39,664 nucleotides of DNA from positions 1 through 39,664 of IMG/VR virus record IMGVR_UViG_2563366953_000005; one strand, given 5' to 3'. Shown here piece after piece: positions 27,513 to 34,641 of this stretch (positions are counted from its first letter, which is position 1; the number at the start of each line of letters is the position of its first letter). Under the pieces are notes generated by a model. That model saw only the letters and a list, made by a program, of their open reading frames with translations, searched no databases and had not been told where the DNA came from. Origin of the DNA: a virus. Taxonomy: Duplodnaviria; Heunggongvirae; Uroviricota; Caudoviricetes. The translations under genes and the position numbers were made by a program.

Positions 27513-27524
27513 GTGACATGTCAC
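27513..27524. repeat. Palindrome GTGACATGTCAC (copy 3 of 3)
   Basis: Perfect 12-bp palindrome between the 27521-27874 gene and the terminator/operators upstream of terS. Confidence 0.45.
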
Positions 27525-27874
27525 ACTATTAATTTCGTTTCATGCCAGCCTTTAGTCACCCAGCATTGCGAGTCACCATTACACGGGCATGAATTTACAG
27601 GAACTCTCTCGCCGCACTTACCGCAACGTTTTCTGCTGATCGATTTTATACGCCCGTGCACGCGTACATCATCCTGGCGGATCAGTAACGCTATATACTC
27701 ACCAAATTCGTAAGGCGCACGCCCGGGGCGACGAGTGGCACAGTTACGCTCCAGCATTTCAATTTCCTGAGCATCAAGCACAATCTCCAGCTTACGCACA
27801 CCAGATGCAGCTTGTCTGGCTCTCTGAGCGGCTTTGCGCTCTGCTGCTGCCTTAGCCATTACCATATCCACCAA
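27521..27874 (-). CDS. Small DNA-binding/zinc-ribbon protein (candidate late-gene regulator)
   Basis: 117 aa; basic N-terminal region (AKAAAERKAAQRARQAASGVRK), C-terminal Cys cluster CGKCGERVPVNSCPCNGDSQC; last early gene, directly upstream of the late control region. Confidence 0.45.
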   Translation of the reverse strand: MVDMVMAKAAAERKAAQRARQAASGVRKLEIVLDAQEIEMLERNCATRRPGRAPYEFGEYIALLIRQDDVRVHGRIKSISRKRCGKCGERVPVNSCPCNGDSQCWVTKGWHETKLIV

Positions 27875-27944
27875 ACTTCACCAGACATGATTCTCGCAAT
27901 CACTATCATCACCAAAGTGATAATCACAACTTTAACTGGCGGCA

Positions 27945-29144
27945 TCATTCACCATCCTGCTGCGGTGCTGCTGGATATGCTTTTCTCATCCAATGCGTGG
28001 CGTCATGAATAACGAACTGATATTCATCATCAGTAAACATCGAGCCATCCCACTGTAGCCCGTCAAGAACGCCTCTGGATGGAGAGAATACCCAGATATC
28101 GAAATCGTATTTCTCCGGCATTCGATCACTACAGCTTATCCAACCATCCGGAGTTACCGGAGAATTGCCATTTACCAAGTCAGCTCGAACATATAGCGTG
28201 TCATCATGGTGCTGATTGTGGCTGCACCACGTTAATTCGCTTAACTCGCCATCTTCTGGCCATACTCCAGCTGTTTGCAGCCAGATATGGGCTGGCGCAT
28301 CCTGGCAAGGTGTATTAACTGGAAACTTGTAAGTTTGGCTTACAGGTTGGCTACCCTGAAGCATGGCAGCGTGGCAGGCATACTCAACGCCCTTAACTGC
28401 ATCTGCGCAGTAGTTATAGCGATTGCATTCCACTAATTTCCGTTTGAGTTTTTCAATTGCCTGCGCGACATCAGCCTGTATTACAGGAACTGGCGGAACG
28501 GCTGTTTGCTCTCGAACGTCATTAGTCGCTATCGGTTCTGCTGCCAACTGACTGGCATATTTGTTAATGGTAACGATAAGCTCTTGCTCAGCCTCATCCA
28601 GACAATCACCGATACCTCGCCTGTCACCGTCAAAATCATCGAAATCGGCACGAATCTTGGCAACCTTCAGGATTGCGGACAACACCTCACTAGGAATTAC
28701 CGGATAGTTGGTTGACGTTTCCGCGATTTCCCGAAAATTATTGGTTGACGAATTCTTGTTTTCCCGAAAGTTTCCGTACTGAAGCATGGCGGCGCGGCAG
28801 GCGTTCCAGCCATCTGCGTAACAATCTCTGTGTGTCTTGAAATATGTCACCGCCCTTGGTACATCGTTTACGTCTATTTCATCCGGCACAACCGGCGCAG
28901 GTGAGTCAGCATAAACAGGAATAACGTCCGGTTGCTCTTTATTGCTTTCATCCGTTAAAGCCCAGAATAATTTCCCAGCCGGATGTTTGAAAATATAAGC
29001 AACTGGTTCTGCTTCCAGCGATGCCAGAGCAATTCGTGCCAGTTCTTCCGCTTCTTCTGCTGGCAGTACAACGTTGCTACCAGGTCCGTATGTTTCGCGC
29101 CACTGCTTGATTGTCAGTAGTCGCTCTTTGGTAATAGTGATCAT
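27945..29144 (-). CDS. DUF551-type prophage protein
   Basis: 399 aa; C-terminal segment DGWISCSDRMPEK...DIWVF...THWM fits the short DUF551 domain pattern common in enterobacterial prophages; internal near-repeat (YADGWNACRAAMLQ / EYACHAAMLQ). Confidence 0.5.
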   Translation of the reverse strand: MITITKERLLTIKQWRETYGPGSNVVLPAEEAEELARIALASLEAEPVAYIFKHPAGKLFWALTDESNKEQPDVIPVYADSPAPVVPDEIDVNDVPRAVTYFKTHRDCYADGWNACRAAMLQYGNFRENKNSSTNNFREIAETSTNYPVIPSEVLSAILKVAKIRADFDDFDGDRRGIGDCLDEAEQELIVTINKYASQLAAEPIATNDVREQTAVPPVPVIQADVAQAIEKLKRKLVECNRYNYCADAVKGVEYACHAAMLQGSQPVSQTYKFPVNTPCQDAPAHIWLQTAGVWPEDGELSELTWCSHNQHHDDTLYVRADLVNGNSPVTPDGWISCSDRMPEKYDFDIWVFSPSRGVLDGLQWDGSMFTDDEYQFVIHDATHWMRKAYPAAPQQDGE

Positions 29145-29656
29145 GCCGCGTTTCCTTCTTTCTTATTAACAATTACACCGTCATATATTTCATTAAGGTG
29201 CCCTCTCAACTCCATGCGCCTTAATGCAGATAACATGTAATCGCATTCAACCTGCTTATTTCCAGTAAATGGCTTATCGTCAGGATTACCCCAACAGCAA
29301 TTACCCTTGGGCCACCCATGTACTTTCCGTACTCTTCCGTTAACAACGTGAAGTAATCCCCAGCCAGGTGGTAAATCCTCAATTGAAATAATTCCCGGCT
29401 CACTAATAAAGAATCGCCAGTCGCCCATTCCAAGAGACGGATTTTTACGAAAACGCTTTTTTCTATCTGCCAACAAGTCAGCACGAGAACACTTCGCCTC
29501 TATCAGGCATGATGCTGAATTTCTGAATCCCATAGCATCTGGCTGTTCTCCGGTACTGGTTACAGCTATAAAGCGGTCATGAAAACAAACCTTGAACCCG
29601 TTGCGCTTAAGGAACTTGTACGCAATCTGACAGAGTTCGCGGTGTGTTAACGCCAT
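29141..29656 (-). CDS. Putative PD-(D/E)XK-type nuclease-fold protein
   Basis: 171 aa; motif PDAMGF ... CLIEAKCS fits a D ... (D/E)xK nuclease signature; assignment is tentative. Confidence 0.4.
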   Translation of the reverse strand: MALTHRELCQIAYKFLKRNGFKVCFHDRFIAVTSTGEQPDAMGFRNSASCLIEAKCSRADLLADRKKRFRKNPSLGMGDWRFFISEPGIISIEDLPPGWGLLHVVNGRVRKVHGWPKGNCCWGNPDDKPFTGNKQVECDYMLSALRRMELRGHLNEIYDGVIVNKKEGNAA

Positions 29657-29657
29657 A

Positions 29658-30443
29658 TCACTCTCCTTTGATGCGAATGCCAGCGGCGCGGATTGCAGCG
29701 ATGACTTCAGAAACTTTGTATGCCATTACCGTTTGGTAATCATCGTGAAAATCTGTTCGATGAAGCATGCTGCTACGTTCCGGGAGCGATATTTCCCGAG
29801 CATCCAGTTCCTTAACGCGTTCCTCCAGTTCGTAGACCCTGCATTGTTCTCTATCATCAATCAGATATAACCCAAGACATTCGCTTTCTACCCAACCACC
29901 AAAATCATGATCGTAACGCTCACATGAAAACTCACCGTCACCGTCCTTTGTTGGAATGGTGTAACTATCTAATGGGCCACCATATGTCGGCACATTCCCC
30001 AATGTTGGATGCTCAATCCACATGAAAAATGCACGTCCGGTTATTGGGCAAATATCTGGCCGCCATTGGTTACGAACAGCCTTGGTTTCGGATAATTCTT
30101 CAGCGTGTTGTTTTACTTCCTCAAGCTCAACTCTCAGCTTCCCAACCGTAAGAGCAATATCCTCGTTCTCCTGGTCGCGGGATTTGATGTATTGCTGGTT
30201 TCTTTCCAGTTTATCCAGTAGTGCCTGTACTACTTCAGGGTTGAAATCTGCGATATAACGAGCGTTGTTCTCTGCGTTTTTCTGTCCATCAAAGCCGGTC
30301 CATTTGATAACGTCTTCACATCGTTTATCACCGGGCGTATGCACCGCATACGTACCAGTACCCGTCGAAATAAATGCAACCCATTCGCCTTGTGTTGCCA
30401 GTTGCGCTGCTTTTCGCAGTGCCTGATAATCAATCTTGCTCAC
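29658..30443 (-). CDS. Ead/Ea22-like prophage protein
   Basis: 261 aa; N-terminus ALRKAAQLATQGEW matches the conserved start of Ea22-type proteins of lambdoid phages, followed by a coiled-coil segment. Confidence 0.5.
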   Translation of the reverse strand: MSKIDYQALRKAAQLATQGEWVAFISTGTGTYAVHTPGDKRCEDVIKWTGFDGQKNAENNARYIADFNPEVVQALLDKLERNQQYIKSRDQENEDIALTVGKLRVELEEVKQHAEELSETKAVRNQWRPDICPITGRAFFMWIEHPTLGNVPTYGGPLDSYTIPTKDGDGEFSCERYDHDFGGWVESECLGLYLIDDREQCRVYELEERVKELDAREISLPERSSMLHRTDFHDDYQTVMAYKVSEVIAAIRAAGIRIKGE

Positions 30444-30877
30444 TGGTTGCCTCCTTTGCGAAGCTGGGCAGCAAAGTCACGGATAGTGTCATCAAGGTCT
30501 GGGCACAACAGATTGTCAGCAAACATCTCTACCCCCTGCGCCCGTACTTCATCCAGGAAAGCATCGGTGGCCGGAGTTTCAGGAATCCGTCTCCTCATCA
30601 GTTCTATTGCATGATTGAACCCGAAATCTTCAGCAAGAGATACGTCATCCATATTGTCATTGTCAGCATCAATATCCCGTAGTTGAGGAATTGCAGACTT
30701 CAGCCCCGCATTCTCCGCCGCCAGCGCATTAGCACGCACCAGTTGCACTTCCAGTTGCGTTGCCAAATCGCTGATCAGCTTTGCCACACTGCGCATATCA
30801 ACGGCACCACATTCTGCTTTCAGTTCCGAAGCCATCTCATGCCCGGCGGCAACTAACCCTTTGATATTACTTTCCAT
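30440..30877 (-). CDS. Hypothetical early protein
   Basis: 145 aa; acidic; overlaps the downstream gene start. Confidence 0.4.
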   Translation of the reverse strand: MESNIKGLVAAGHEMASELKAECGAVDMRSVAKLISDLATQLEVQLVRANALAAENAGLKSAIPQLRDIDADNDNMDDVSLAEDFGFNHAIELMRRRIPETPATDAFLDEVRAQGVEMFADNLLCPDLDDTIRDFAAQLRKGGNQ

Positions 30878-30938
30878 CTTTACCCTCGCTTATCCACATA
30901 ACTTATTGATTACATTGATAACTAAAAAGATCGTCGAT

Positions 30939-31283
30939 TCAGAACTCTTCGATGTTCCAGCCACCACCTGCTTTCTTTGGTTTAACCGTTACCCCGATGA
31001 TTCGGAACGGATACTGATCTGCGGCGACTTTGGTTTTCACCCTGGCGTCGTCGGTCCAGAAACCTTTCACTTCGTGCAGTTCCATCTCTCCGGTGGCGAG
31101 CATCACAGCGAAATCGGGCGTATAGAACGTGTTATCAGCTAACCGCAGCTTGATACCCTCGAATCGATACCAGGCGATTTCCCCTGCACGTTTACGCAGC
31201 TCAAGGTGCTGGCAATACGCAGATTCTGTTTTGTTCATCTGGCCTGTTTTGAGTCGACCAAGAGCCTGTATCTGTTTTCTCAT
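30939..31283 (-). CDS. Small PD-(D/E)XK-like protein (DUF1064-like)
   Basis: 114 aa; YTPDF ... ELHEVKG motif; its RBS (gaggt) coincides with an operator-type palindrome. Confidence 0.45.
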   Translation of the reverse strand: MRKQIQALGRLKTGQMNKTESAYCQHLELRKRAGEIAWYRFEGIKLRLADNTFYTPDFAVMLATGEMELHEVKGFWTDDARVKTKVAADQYPFRIIGVTVKPKKAGGGWNIEEF

Positions 31284-31286
31284 GAT

Positions 31287-31363
31287 TTACCTCTGAGGTA
31301 ATTAAAAACCACATAAGACACTAGATCAATAGATTTTAGAATATTTTATTACCCGACAGGTAA
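31287..31363. promoter_or_regulatory. Pair of operator-like palindromes in the P-to-nin intergenic region
   Basis: TTACCTCTGAGGTAA (31287-31301) and TTACCCGACAGGTAA (31349-31363) separated by AT-rich sequence. Confidence 0.45.
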
Positions 31364-31400
31364 TTATTGAGGCGTAAAAAAATGCGCTATCGCGCTGGTA

Positions 31401-32201
31401 TTACTTGATAAATCCTGCCTCCTTTCCCCGCCTGTATTCCTCCATAAGCCACTGCGCCGGTGTTATTCCACCCAGGGTGGCGGCATTAGGCATGCACCCG
31501 AAACTTCGCCCTGGTGGATGGTAAACGTCTCTCCCTGTGTCCGGAGGTGTACTCATGGGTTCTGGCTTTGCCTGTATGCTGATCACCGGATCGGGTATCT
31601 GCTGTCCTGAAGCCACCTTTTTCGCCCAATCATCGAGCAGCCTGCGCGCGTGTTTCTCAACCTCAATCTCGCTAAGCTGGCGCTGATACATTGCACGGCG
31701 GGTATCACATACGACCCAGTACATAACCGGATGTCGCCACGGGAATCTTTCGGGACCACCAGGATATAAACTTTTTTCCTTGCTGTACCGGTGAAACTCC
31801 GCCATCACATCGTCAATGGTGACACCAAGAACCATCTTGCTGTCTTTGCACCACTTGATAAATTGCCCAGGCGACGGCCAGAACGGAGATTCACTGGCGC
31901 GGGCATGGCGCATACCAGCAGAAACCTGTTCACGGGTTCGGATCCCCCCTTCGGCAAACGCAGCAATCCACTGCTGTTTTGCAGCAACTTCCTGCTCTGG
32001 CGTCTTCAGGTTGGTTACCACTGCCGCCGGAAACAGTTGTTTCAACTGTTTGAAAAGGGCATCAACAAGCCTCTCTGCTGACATGTTCACCACGTTGTCA
32101 TTGTTGGTGTACTGATGCTCATAACCTGACATGCGAGAAAGGGCTTCTCCGTCACGGTTTTGTATCGCGGTAAAAACGTTGTTCACAAGAAATCCTCCCA
32201 T
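31401..32201 (-). CDS. Replication protein P-like (helicase loader)
   Basis: 266 aa; central block QQWIAAFAEGGIRTREQVSAGMRHARASESPFWPSPGQFIKWC closely matches, from memory, the corresponding block of phage lambda P; downstream of the O-like gene as in lambdoid phages. Confidence 0.75.
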   Translation of the reverse strand: MGGFLVNNVFTAIQNRDGEALSRMSGYEHQYTNNDNVVNMSAERLVDALFKQLKQLFPAAVVTNLKTPEQEVAAKQQWIAAFAEGGIRTREQVSAGMRHARASESPFWPSPGQFIKWCKDSKMVLGVTIDDVMAEFHRYSKEKSLYPGGPERFPWRHPVMYWVVCDTRRAMYQRQLSEIEVEKHARRLLDDWAKKVASGQQIPDPVISIQAKPEPMSTPPDTGRDVYHPPGRSFGCMPNAATLGGITPAQWLMEEYRRGKEAGFIK

Positions 32202-32998
32202 GCTTCAGGGCTGTTCCAGTGCGGAACGTTGTTATCAGGTAATGTTGATTGCTTCTGTCTGCTAATCTGCAGCCTCCTTGCCAGCTTCTGCTCCCACTGT
32301 GCCTGATGGTATGCCTTACCCTCAGCCATCCAGTAAATTCTGAACTCTGCAAGTTCCTGTGCCGTTGGCAGACTATCCAGGTAGATTCCCTGCAATGAGC
32401 TTTTCCGAAGAAAGTCATCTGATGGCTGCCATTGTTCATGCATGACAAATTTGCCTAATTGCCCTGGCCCACCAGGAGGAACAAAGTTATTCATCACGGC
32501 GTTGTTTGCGCCGGGGTCATGATGCACAGAATCCCCGTTTTTTGTCCTGCTCTCCCTCTCTTGGTTAAATGACTGGTTATATGACTGGTTCTGGATCCCG
32601 TTTTTGGGATCATTCAACATCCCGTTTTTGGGATCATTCAACATCCCGTTTTTGGGTATATTCCCGTTTTCGGTAACATTACCGTTTTCGGGTTCATTAC
32701 CCCCCTCCCGGTTGCCTTTAATGTTCCCGTTTTTGGTTATATTAAGAGAGAAAACCCGCACTCTTTTCGTCGCTCCCTTTCTCTCTCCGGTATCTGAAAT
32801 AAGCCCCATTTTCATGAGCGATATAAGCCCGGCCTGCACGGTTTTTTTATTCAGGCAAGTGTCTTTAACGAGGCGTTCTATGCTGGGGTAGCAGAGGTTA
32901 TATTCATCGGCTCTGTCAGCCATCGAGAGCAGTATGAGCTTTAATGACGAGCTACCTGGATCTGTCTCCCAGGCCCAATCTGTTGCATGTCTGCTCAT
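32183..32998 (-). CDS. Replication initiator, O-like, with internal origin iterons
   Basis: 271 aa; N-terminal winged-helix/HTH-like region (LKLILLSMADRADEYNLCYPSIERLVKDTCLNKKTVQAGLISL); central tandem peptide repeats (KNGMLNDP x2 and variants) encoded by the DNA iterons; position upstream of P-like gene. Confidence 0.65.
   Translation of the reverse strand: MSRHATDWAWETDPGSSSLKLILLSMADRADEYNLCYPSIERLVKDTCLNKKTVQAGLISLMKMGLISDTGERKGATKRVRVFSLNITKNGNIKGNREGGNEPENGNVTENGNIPKNGMLNDPKNGMLNDPKNGIQNQSYNQSFNQERESRTKNGDSVHHDPGANNAVMNNFVPPGGPGQLGKFVMHEQWQPSDDFLRKSSLQGIYLDSLPTAQELAEFRIYWMAEGKAYHQAQWEQKLARRLQISRQKQSTLPDNNVPHWNSPEAWEDFL
32595..32743. repeat. Origin-type iteron array inside the O-like gene
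   Basis: Two perfect tandem 24-bp repeats atcccgtttttgggatcattcaac (32595-32618, 32619-32642) followed by four degenerate copies sharing the core cccgttttt/cgg. Confidence 0.7.
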
Positions 32999-33013
32999 GA
33001 TTAATCTCCGCTA

Positions 33014-33214
33014 TCAGCTTGAATGTTGTGGGGAGGAATTAATCATGATCTGCTTAATCTCTGCCCTGATACGACGGTTTGATTCCATGGTGCACTCAAC
33101 ACAGTGTCCGTTGTAAACCCAGCGTTCACTGTCATGTCCGTGCTTACATGGTTTTCCGGTGTAGTAGCGTTTAAGTCCGCGCTTTGCGGCATCAATACGT
33201 GTAATGATTTCCAT
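33014..33214 (-). CDS. Small zinc-binding protein (CII-position gene)
   Basis: 66 aa from the ATG at 33214; motif CKHGH ... CVEC; sits between the Cro-like gene and the O-like gene. Confidence 0.4.
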   Translation of the reverse strand: MEIITRIDAAKRGLKRYYTGKPCKHGHDSERWVYNGHCVECTMESNRRIRAEIKQIMINSSPQHSS

Positions 33215-33293
33215 GGTAAGCCCTGTTATTAGTATTGGGATTACGGTTATTTTGTGCTGACACAAAAAAAAGATCAACCATATTTGGTTTTTA

Positions 33294-33308
33294 TTACCTT
33301 TGAGGTAC
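33294..33308. promoter_or_regulatory. Operator-like palindrome TTACCTTTGAGGTAC
   Basis: One mismatch from TTACC-N5-GGTAA. Confidence 0.4.
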
Positions 33309-33323
33309 GAATAGATATGAAAA

Positions 33324-33343
33324 GACCGCCGGGTGGCGGTCTA
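33324..33343 (-). terminator. tR1-like terminator downstream of the Cro-like gene
   Basis: agaccgcc-gggt-ggcggtct 8-bp stem; on the minus strand it is followed by tttcatatct. Confidence 0.45.
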
Positions 33344-33363
33344 CAGAGGGTTGTGGCTGGATA

Positions 33364-33594
33364 TCATGAGTAGAAGAAGTATGCCAGTTCTGCTTTTGAG
33401 CGCAGCCATTGTCTTGTTTTACAGGCTTTAAAAAGCCCATTCATCAATACTTTACCTGGCATTTTGCGCTTACCTGTTAAGTGAGTCTGGATATAGTGAC
33501 TCGTCGTTCCGGCTTCCTGTGCGAAGGCTTCACGCTCATCCGGAGTAAGTGCAAGCCAGTGCTTTTTGAAATCGAAATGTCCGTTATCGCTCAT
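33364..33594 (-). CDS. Cro-like HTH regulator
   Basis: 76 aa; HTH-like segment LTPDEREAFAQEAGTTSHYIQ; divergently transcribed from the repressor-like gene across the operator cluster. Confidence 0.55.
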   Translation of the reverse strand: MSDNGHFDFKKHWLALTPDEREAFAQEAGTTSHYIQTHLTGKRKMPGKVLMNGLFKACKTRQWLRSKAELAYFFYS

Positions 33595-33630
33595 AGCTAT
33601 TGCCTGATATTTATTTCAGATAATAAATAT

Positions 33631-33693
33631 TCACCCATAAGGTAACAAAAATCAAGGATAGTTACCTGTGGGGTGCATTTACCTGTTGGGTAA
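33631..33693. promoter_or_regulatory. Immunity-region operator cluster (three TTACC-N5-GGTAA-type sites)
   Basis: TCACCCATAAGGTAA (33631-33645, 1 mismatch), TTACCTGTGGGGTGC (33662-33676, 2 mismatches), TTACCTGTTGGGTAA (33679-33693, perfect), between divergent Cro-like and repressor-like genes. Confidence 0.55.
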
Positions 33694-33748
33694 TATTGCT
33701 TTAAATTGAATCATCTACTGATTCATATATGAGGCGATTTTCCAGAAA

Positions 33749-34333
33749 ATGAAAAGTATCCAGGACGTCCGCAGGCAAAATCTCAACGACTTGATCGACC
33801 GTGAATTCAATGGTGTTCAGACGCGGATGGCAGAAAAACTTGGAACTCAGGCAAATCTGGTAAACCGCTGGGCTCTTGGCAAGAAGGTTATCGGCGACCA
33901 GGTTGCGCGAAAAATTGAAGCTGCCGCCAATAAACCCCGTAACTGGCTTGATATCGATCGCTCGCTTTCTCAGGAAGGTTTTCAGCCTGTCGGCCCAAGC
34001 GACATTGGTCAGCTGGCGGCTCACAACCTGGAACGCTGGATGAGCGAAAGCCGCGACCTTTCAACGCAGGGAAAACTTCACCGCGCATCCGGCGTCGCCC
34101 AGGTGACAATCAGTCGCCTGTTAAACAATGAGGTCAGCGTTTCCATTTCCACCCTGGAGAATGTTGCATCCGCATTCGGGCGTCACGGATATGAACTACT
34201 GATTCACCCGCACGACCCTGCGACTATCAACTATGACCGCTCACGCTACGCATTGTTACCCGAAACCGAGAAAGCAAAGATCGAAAGTTACATTGAATTT
34301 GTCATCAACCAGAACGAAAAAAGCAAACAATAA
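33749..34333 (+). CDS. Prophage repressor-like protein with two HTH-like regions and no recognisable S24 peptidase domain
   Basis: 194 aa; N-terminal HTH (TRMAEKLGTQANLVNRWALGKKVIGDQVARKIE) and a second HTH-like segment (LHRASGVAQVTISRLLNNE); no Ala-Gly/GDSM/Lys signature of LexA-type autocleavage; position equivalent to cI. Confidence 0.55.
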   Translation: MKSIQDVRRQNLNDLIDREFNGVQTRMAEKLGTQANLVNRWALGKKVIGDQVARKIEAAANKPRNWLDIDRSLSQEGFQPVGPSDIGQLAAHNLERWMSESRDLSTQGKLHRASGVAQVTISRLLNNEVSVSISTLENVASAFGRHGYELLIHPHDPATINYDRSRYALLPETEKAKIESYIEFVINQNEKSKQ

Positions 34334-34390
34334 AACTATATTTTTCAGTAAGTAAGCCGCCTCATGGCGGCTTTTTTATTGCCAGATAGA

Positions 34391-34467
34391 TTACCTTACG
34401 GGTAATTTTTTTAACTCATATCTATTGACACCAAACCAAATAAGCATAATTATTACCTCAACGGTAA
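34391..34467 (+). promoter_or_regulatory. PL-like promoter with two operators
   Basis: TTACCTTACGGGTAA (34391-34405), TTGACA (34425-34430), TTACCTCAACGGTAA (34453-34467) overlapping the -10/+1 region; drives the rightward recombination operon. Confidence 0.5.
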
Positions 34468-34486
34468 CAGACCGAGGTAACAAGTT

Positions 34487-34639
34487 ATGCAGTGGAAAAT
34501 CATCAACGGTTGGTACTGCGTTACTGCATGCGGATTCATGAGCTGGAAGTTCCGCACCTTACAGGAAGGCATTAAGTGGGCTTTCGTCAGCAAAGAAGCT
34601 CGCGATGTAGCCAACGATAACGAGATATGGGAGGGCTGA
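34487..34639 (+). CDS. Small ORF, first gene of the early-left operon
   Basis: 50 aa (MQWKIINGWYCVTACGFMSWKF...); SD gaggtaa 6 nt upstream; stop is 2 bp before the next start; function unknown, coding status uncertain. Confidence 0.3.
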   Translation: MQWKIINGWYCVTACGFMSWKFRTLQEGIKWAFVSKEARDVANDNEIWEG

Positions 34640-34641
34640 TA

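Noticed and set aside
27905-27921. Short palindrome ATCAC-CAAA-GTGAT between two early genes
   Set aside because: Single occurrence, short arms, no partner sites; insufficient evidence for function.
29726-29739. TTACC-GTTT-GGTAA with a 4-bp instead of 5-bp spacer
   Set aside because: Spacing differs from every other copy and it lies deep inside the Ea22-like coding sequence; probably not a functional operator.
32595-32743. Tandem direct repeats that could superficially resemble a CRISPR array
   Set aside because: Repeats are 24 bp, contiguous with no unique spacers, lie inside a coding frame and encode peptide repeats; they are origin-type iterons.
33241-33275. Palindrome ttttgtg-ctga-cacaaaa followed by an A run
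   Set aside because: Falls inside the upstream part of the 87-aa track ORF, beyond the preferred ATG at 33214; as a terminator it has the T tract on the wrong side for the minus-strand genes, so no function assigned.
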